From positions 1-55,551 of the forward strand of contig CAMWQS010000001.1 in the NCBI GenBank assembly GCA_947176485.1: a stretch of 55,551 nt of DNA, written 5' to 3'. This document shows positions 53,572 to 55,551 of this stretch, one piece after another. The stretch comes from an uncultured Clostridia bacterium. GTDB taxonomy: Bacteria; Bacillota; Clostridia; Christensenellales; Borkfalkiaceae. The notes beneath the pieces were generated by a model. That model was not told the DNA's origin and did not search any database. It saw nothing but the letters and a program-made list of their open reading frames with translations. A program made the translations under genes and the position numbers. How positions within the stretch are numbered: the first letter of the stretch is position 1; each line of letters begins with the position of its first letter.

Positions 53572-54855
53572 TTACTTAGTTTGAACATTTGGGAGTGAAT
53601 TTGGGAGTAAATAGGGTGTAATTTCAGGTTTTACTTCGCCAAAATCCCATTGTAGATAGTCAACCTTCTTCGCTTCTTTTAACAAGAACTTGTCCGAAAA
53701 GTCCGTATAACCTCTGTCTATTCTCGAAGAATGTATAGTTTTATCCTCTTCGTGTCCGTCCCACAACATCACGACTTCGCCGTGAACTCCGCATTCTTTT
53801 GCACGGGTTATAAATGTGTATCTGAGTTCGTGTAGGTGGTGGGAGGGGAACAACCGCTTCATAGCAGTATGCAAACTGTTAAGGTTTACGTTCTTCGCCT
53901 TTTCAAAGTCTATGTAGGGTAACACCCGTTTCATCATAGGCGTGAACGGTATTTTGCGCATTACTGCGTTTTTACCCATTCTCTCTTTGCTGGTTTCACA
54001 TTCAAGCCAAGTGTCGTCAATTAAATTCAGGCTTGCAAGTTCGCTTCGGCGCATTCCCGTGTACAAAAGCACCATAAATGCGTGAGAGGTGTCTCGGCTT
54101 AGGTTTGCAAGGCAGTGGTTGATTAGTTTCTTTTCTTCCTCGTAGGTGAAAGCAGAACCTTTTTTAGTTACATAGTTCGGCAGTACAACTTTTCTCATCG
54201 GCGTTGGTATTCCGTAGTCGTCTGCTATCATATCGAAGATACACTTCAACATCAACATAAGCTTGTGTGCTGTGCGTACAACGCCCTTTTCTACGTAGGT
54301 GAAGAGGAAGTTCTGCACCATAGAGCGGTCTATTTCTTTTGCCTTTTTCTCGCCGAATTCTGGAAGCAAATCGTGGTTGAGTAACCGCACGTATTCTTTA
54401 TAGGTCGATTCTTTTGTTGTAACCTTTTTAATGTTAATCCACTCGTCGGCGTACTCAGCAAACGTCTTGTTGCTTTTCTTGTGGGGTTTGTCGGACTTTT
54501 CGTCCTTATTATTAAGTTTATCGATGAATTTTTGTTTGAGTTTAGTCAAATCTTTGGACGAAACTTCGATGTCTATGCCTTGTCTATGAAATCTCGCTTC
54601 GTACACTCCGTCTTTTCTTAAACGATAGTGGACTATCATATCGTTTGTCGCAAAGATGTTTTTGTAATGTGTCGGCATTTTTGAAATCTCCTTTTTGGTA
54701 AATTTCAGCCCCTTCCGACGATTTTTAACCTTACTCGTTTTTGTTTTGGGAACTAATTCCGCCAGCACTTGCTCGTATAACTCGTTCTGTCTTTTCATCG
54801 ACTCAAGCAGTAGCGCAATGGAATTGTCCGCCTGTAATAAATTTGTTTGTTTCAA
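53572..54855 (-). CDS. Tyrosine-type site-specific integrase
   Basis: Catalytic-domain pattern TGMRRSEL (Arg), HELRYTF (His-x-x-Arg), LWDGHEE and C-terminal RGYTDF (Tyr). TTG start at 54855; the ATG at 54798 is an alternative. Confidence 0.85.
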   Translation of the reverse strand: MKQTNLLQADNSIALLLESMKRQNELYEQVLAELVPKTKTSKVKNRRKGLKFTKKEISKMPTHYKNIFATNDMIVHYRLRKDGVYEARFHRQGIDIEVSSKDLTKLKQKFIDKLNNKDEKSDKPHKKSNKTFAEYADEWINIKKVTTKESTYKEYVRLLNHDLLPEFGEKKAKEIDRSMVQNFLFTYVEKGVVRTAHKLMLMLKCIFDMIADDYGIPTPMRKVVLPNYVTKKGSAFTYEEEKKLINHCLANLSRDTSHAFMVLLYTGMRRSELASLNLIDDTWLECETSKERMGKNAVMRKIPFTPMMKRVLPYIDFEKAKNVNLNSLHTAMKRLFPSHHLHELRYTFITRAKECGVHGEVVMLWDGHEEDKTIHSSRIDRGYTDFSDKFLLKEAKKVDYLQWDFGEVKPEITPYLLPNSLPNVQTK

Positions 54856-55023
54856 GTATCCTTATTCGGACAGACGGCTTTTTATTTTTCCGCGCCCTTA
54901 TAGTTCAGAATACTATGTTCTCTTTTCAAAACTGTTTTCCTCCTGAAGAATTATTTTTTGCAAGCGGAGGGAGCTGTTCGTCATTCTCCGTTTGCGGTTG
55001 TTTCCTTTCGGAATGTTAATACG

Positions 55024-55051
55024 ATTATAACGATCCGTTGCAAAATGTCAA
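55024..55051 (-). promoter_or_regulatory. Consensus promoter pointing toward the integrase
   Basis: On the minus strand: TTGACA (55051-55046), 16 nt, TATAAT (55029-55024). Confidence 0.55.
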
Positions 55052-55136
55052 GGATCAATCGCAAATTTTTGCCGTAGGCAAATCGAAAGTAGGTTTCCTG
55101 CTTTTGTAACTTTTGAAGGTGAAAACATCCCACCTT

Positions 55137-55228
55137 CCTTATCCTGCTTGCATTTTTTCGTAAAACCGTACCACTTTTAATACAAATAATCTGTCGCAAT
55201 CCACTTAATTTTAGTAAGCAGGATAAGG
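55137..55228. repeat. 13-bp perfect inverted repeat with 66-nt spacer in the non-coding region upstream of the integrase
   Basis: CCTTATCCTGCTT (55137-55149) and AAGCAGGATAAGG (55216-55228). Adjacent smaller hairpins are GAAGGTG/CACCTTC and GGAATTGC/GCAATTCC. Confidence 0.6.
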
Positions 55229-55551
55229 GAATTGCCACAACGCGCAATTCCGAGCCGTTCGCTTCGCTCGCTTGGAACAAGCGGGAAACCCGCTTTTCTG
55301 TTATTTAACGACGGTTGAAATAATTAGCTACTGTTCATCAAAAAATCTCCTTTGTGTTATTTTGAGGGACATTCTCTCAATTTAGCATTATACAAAAGTA
55401 TCTAAGATGTATATTGTCTTATTTAAGAAATTTTCTTCATATTTTGTCATAAATTTCTTCATAAAAAACTCACGGACTTTGGCTACGTGAGTAACTCTTA
55501 ATTACTATTAAAAATCGTAATGCAAATAGATATTGATACATTGCTTAAAAT

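Larger units (their letters stand above)
53501..55551. mobile_element. Left end of an integrated element at the 3' end of tRNA-Gln (truncated by the window)
   Basis: A tyrosine integrase gene lies directly downstream of the tRNA and points toward it. Sequence becomes visibly more AT-rich, and no motif M copies occur beyond 53500. Confidence 0.6.

Noticed and set aside
54981-55280. 99-aa minus-strand ORF upstream of the integrase as an excisionase or regulator
   Set aside because: It has no SD and an odd composition, it spans the inverted repeats and hairpins, and it shows no helix-turn-helix-like segment that I can recognise.
1-55551. CRISPR arrays, rRNA genes, toxin-antitoxin pairs or recognisable defence islands
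   Set aside because: No regularly spaced short direct repeats with unique spacers, and no cas-like, restriction-modification or other defence-type motifs, were seen. The periodic sequence that does exist is coding (giant gene, LRR gene).

Overview
This 55.5 kb window looks like chromosome from a strictly anaerobic, Clostridia-like Firmicute. That inference rests on gene content: HydABC-type [FeFe]-hydrogenase, Rex, class III ribonucleotide reductase, AddAB and NiaR. I call 34 protein genes (mostly on the + strand) and 2 tRNAs. In order they are: tRNA-Arg, tcdA, ttcA, glpK; a minus-strand trio (membrane protein, ATP-grasp ligase, small ORF); an HNH-like gene; nrdD-nrdG-dut; ROK glucokinase; rex; an orphan, oversized RND pump; an NSS transporter; a 3154-aa surface protein; hydC-hydB-hydA; a HIT protein; a GltD-like oxidoreductase; kdgK; a 2-hydroxyacid dehydrogenase; a lipoprotein; addB-addA; two small minus-strand genes; nadB-nadC-niaR; an ECF sigma factor with an anti-sigma/LRR protein; an SGNH esterase lipoprotein; and tRNA-Gln followed by a tyrosine integrase. 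The integrase marks the left edge of an integrated element that the window cuts off. I see no CRISPR array, no rRNA, and no convincing new multi-gene defence or mobile system. The signals that ordinary annotation does not explain are nucleic-acid level. (1) A strongly over-represented 30-44 nt interspersed motif (M, core CCCCCAYATATG ... AAATAACGC ... TTTTT) occurs on both strands, fills operon spacers, brackets single genes as inverted pairs, and lies in-frame inside several CDSs including addA, addB, rex, nadB and the RND pump. (2) A ~120 nt long-hairpin element (R) has two clear copies, each starting on a TAA stop codon, one of them between hydB and hydA. (3) Several consensus promoters sit so close to their ATG that the mRNAs should be leaderless. 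(4) The giant adhesin-like gene has a 702-nt tandem cassette and a leader containing a terminator. All coordinates, folds and motif matches were read by eye and no searches were run. Family names come from recognised sequence motifs only.
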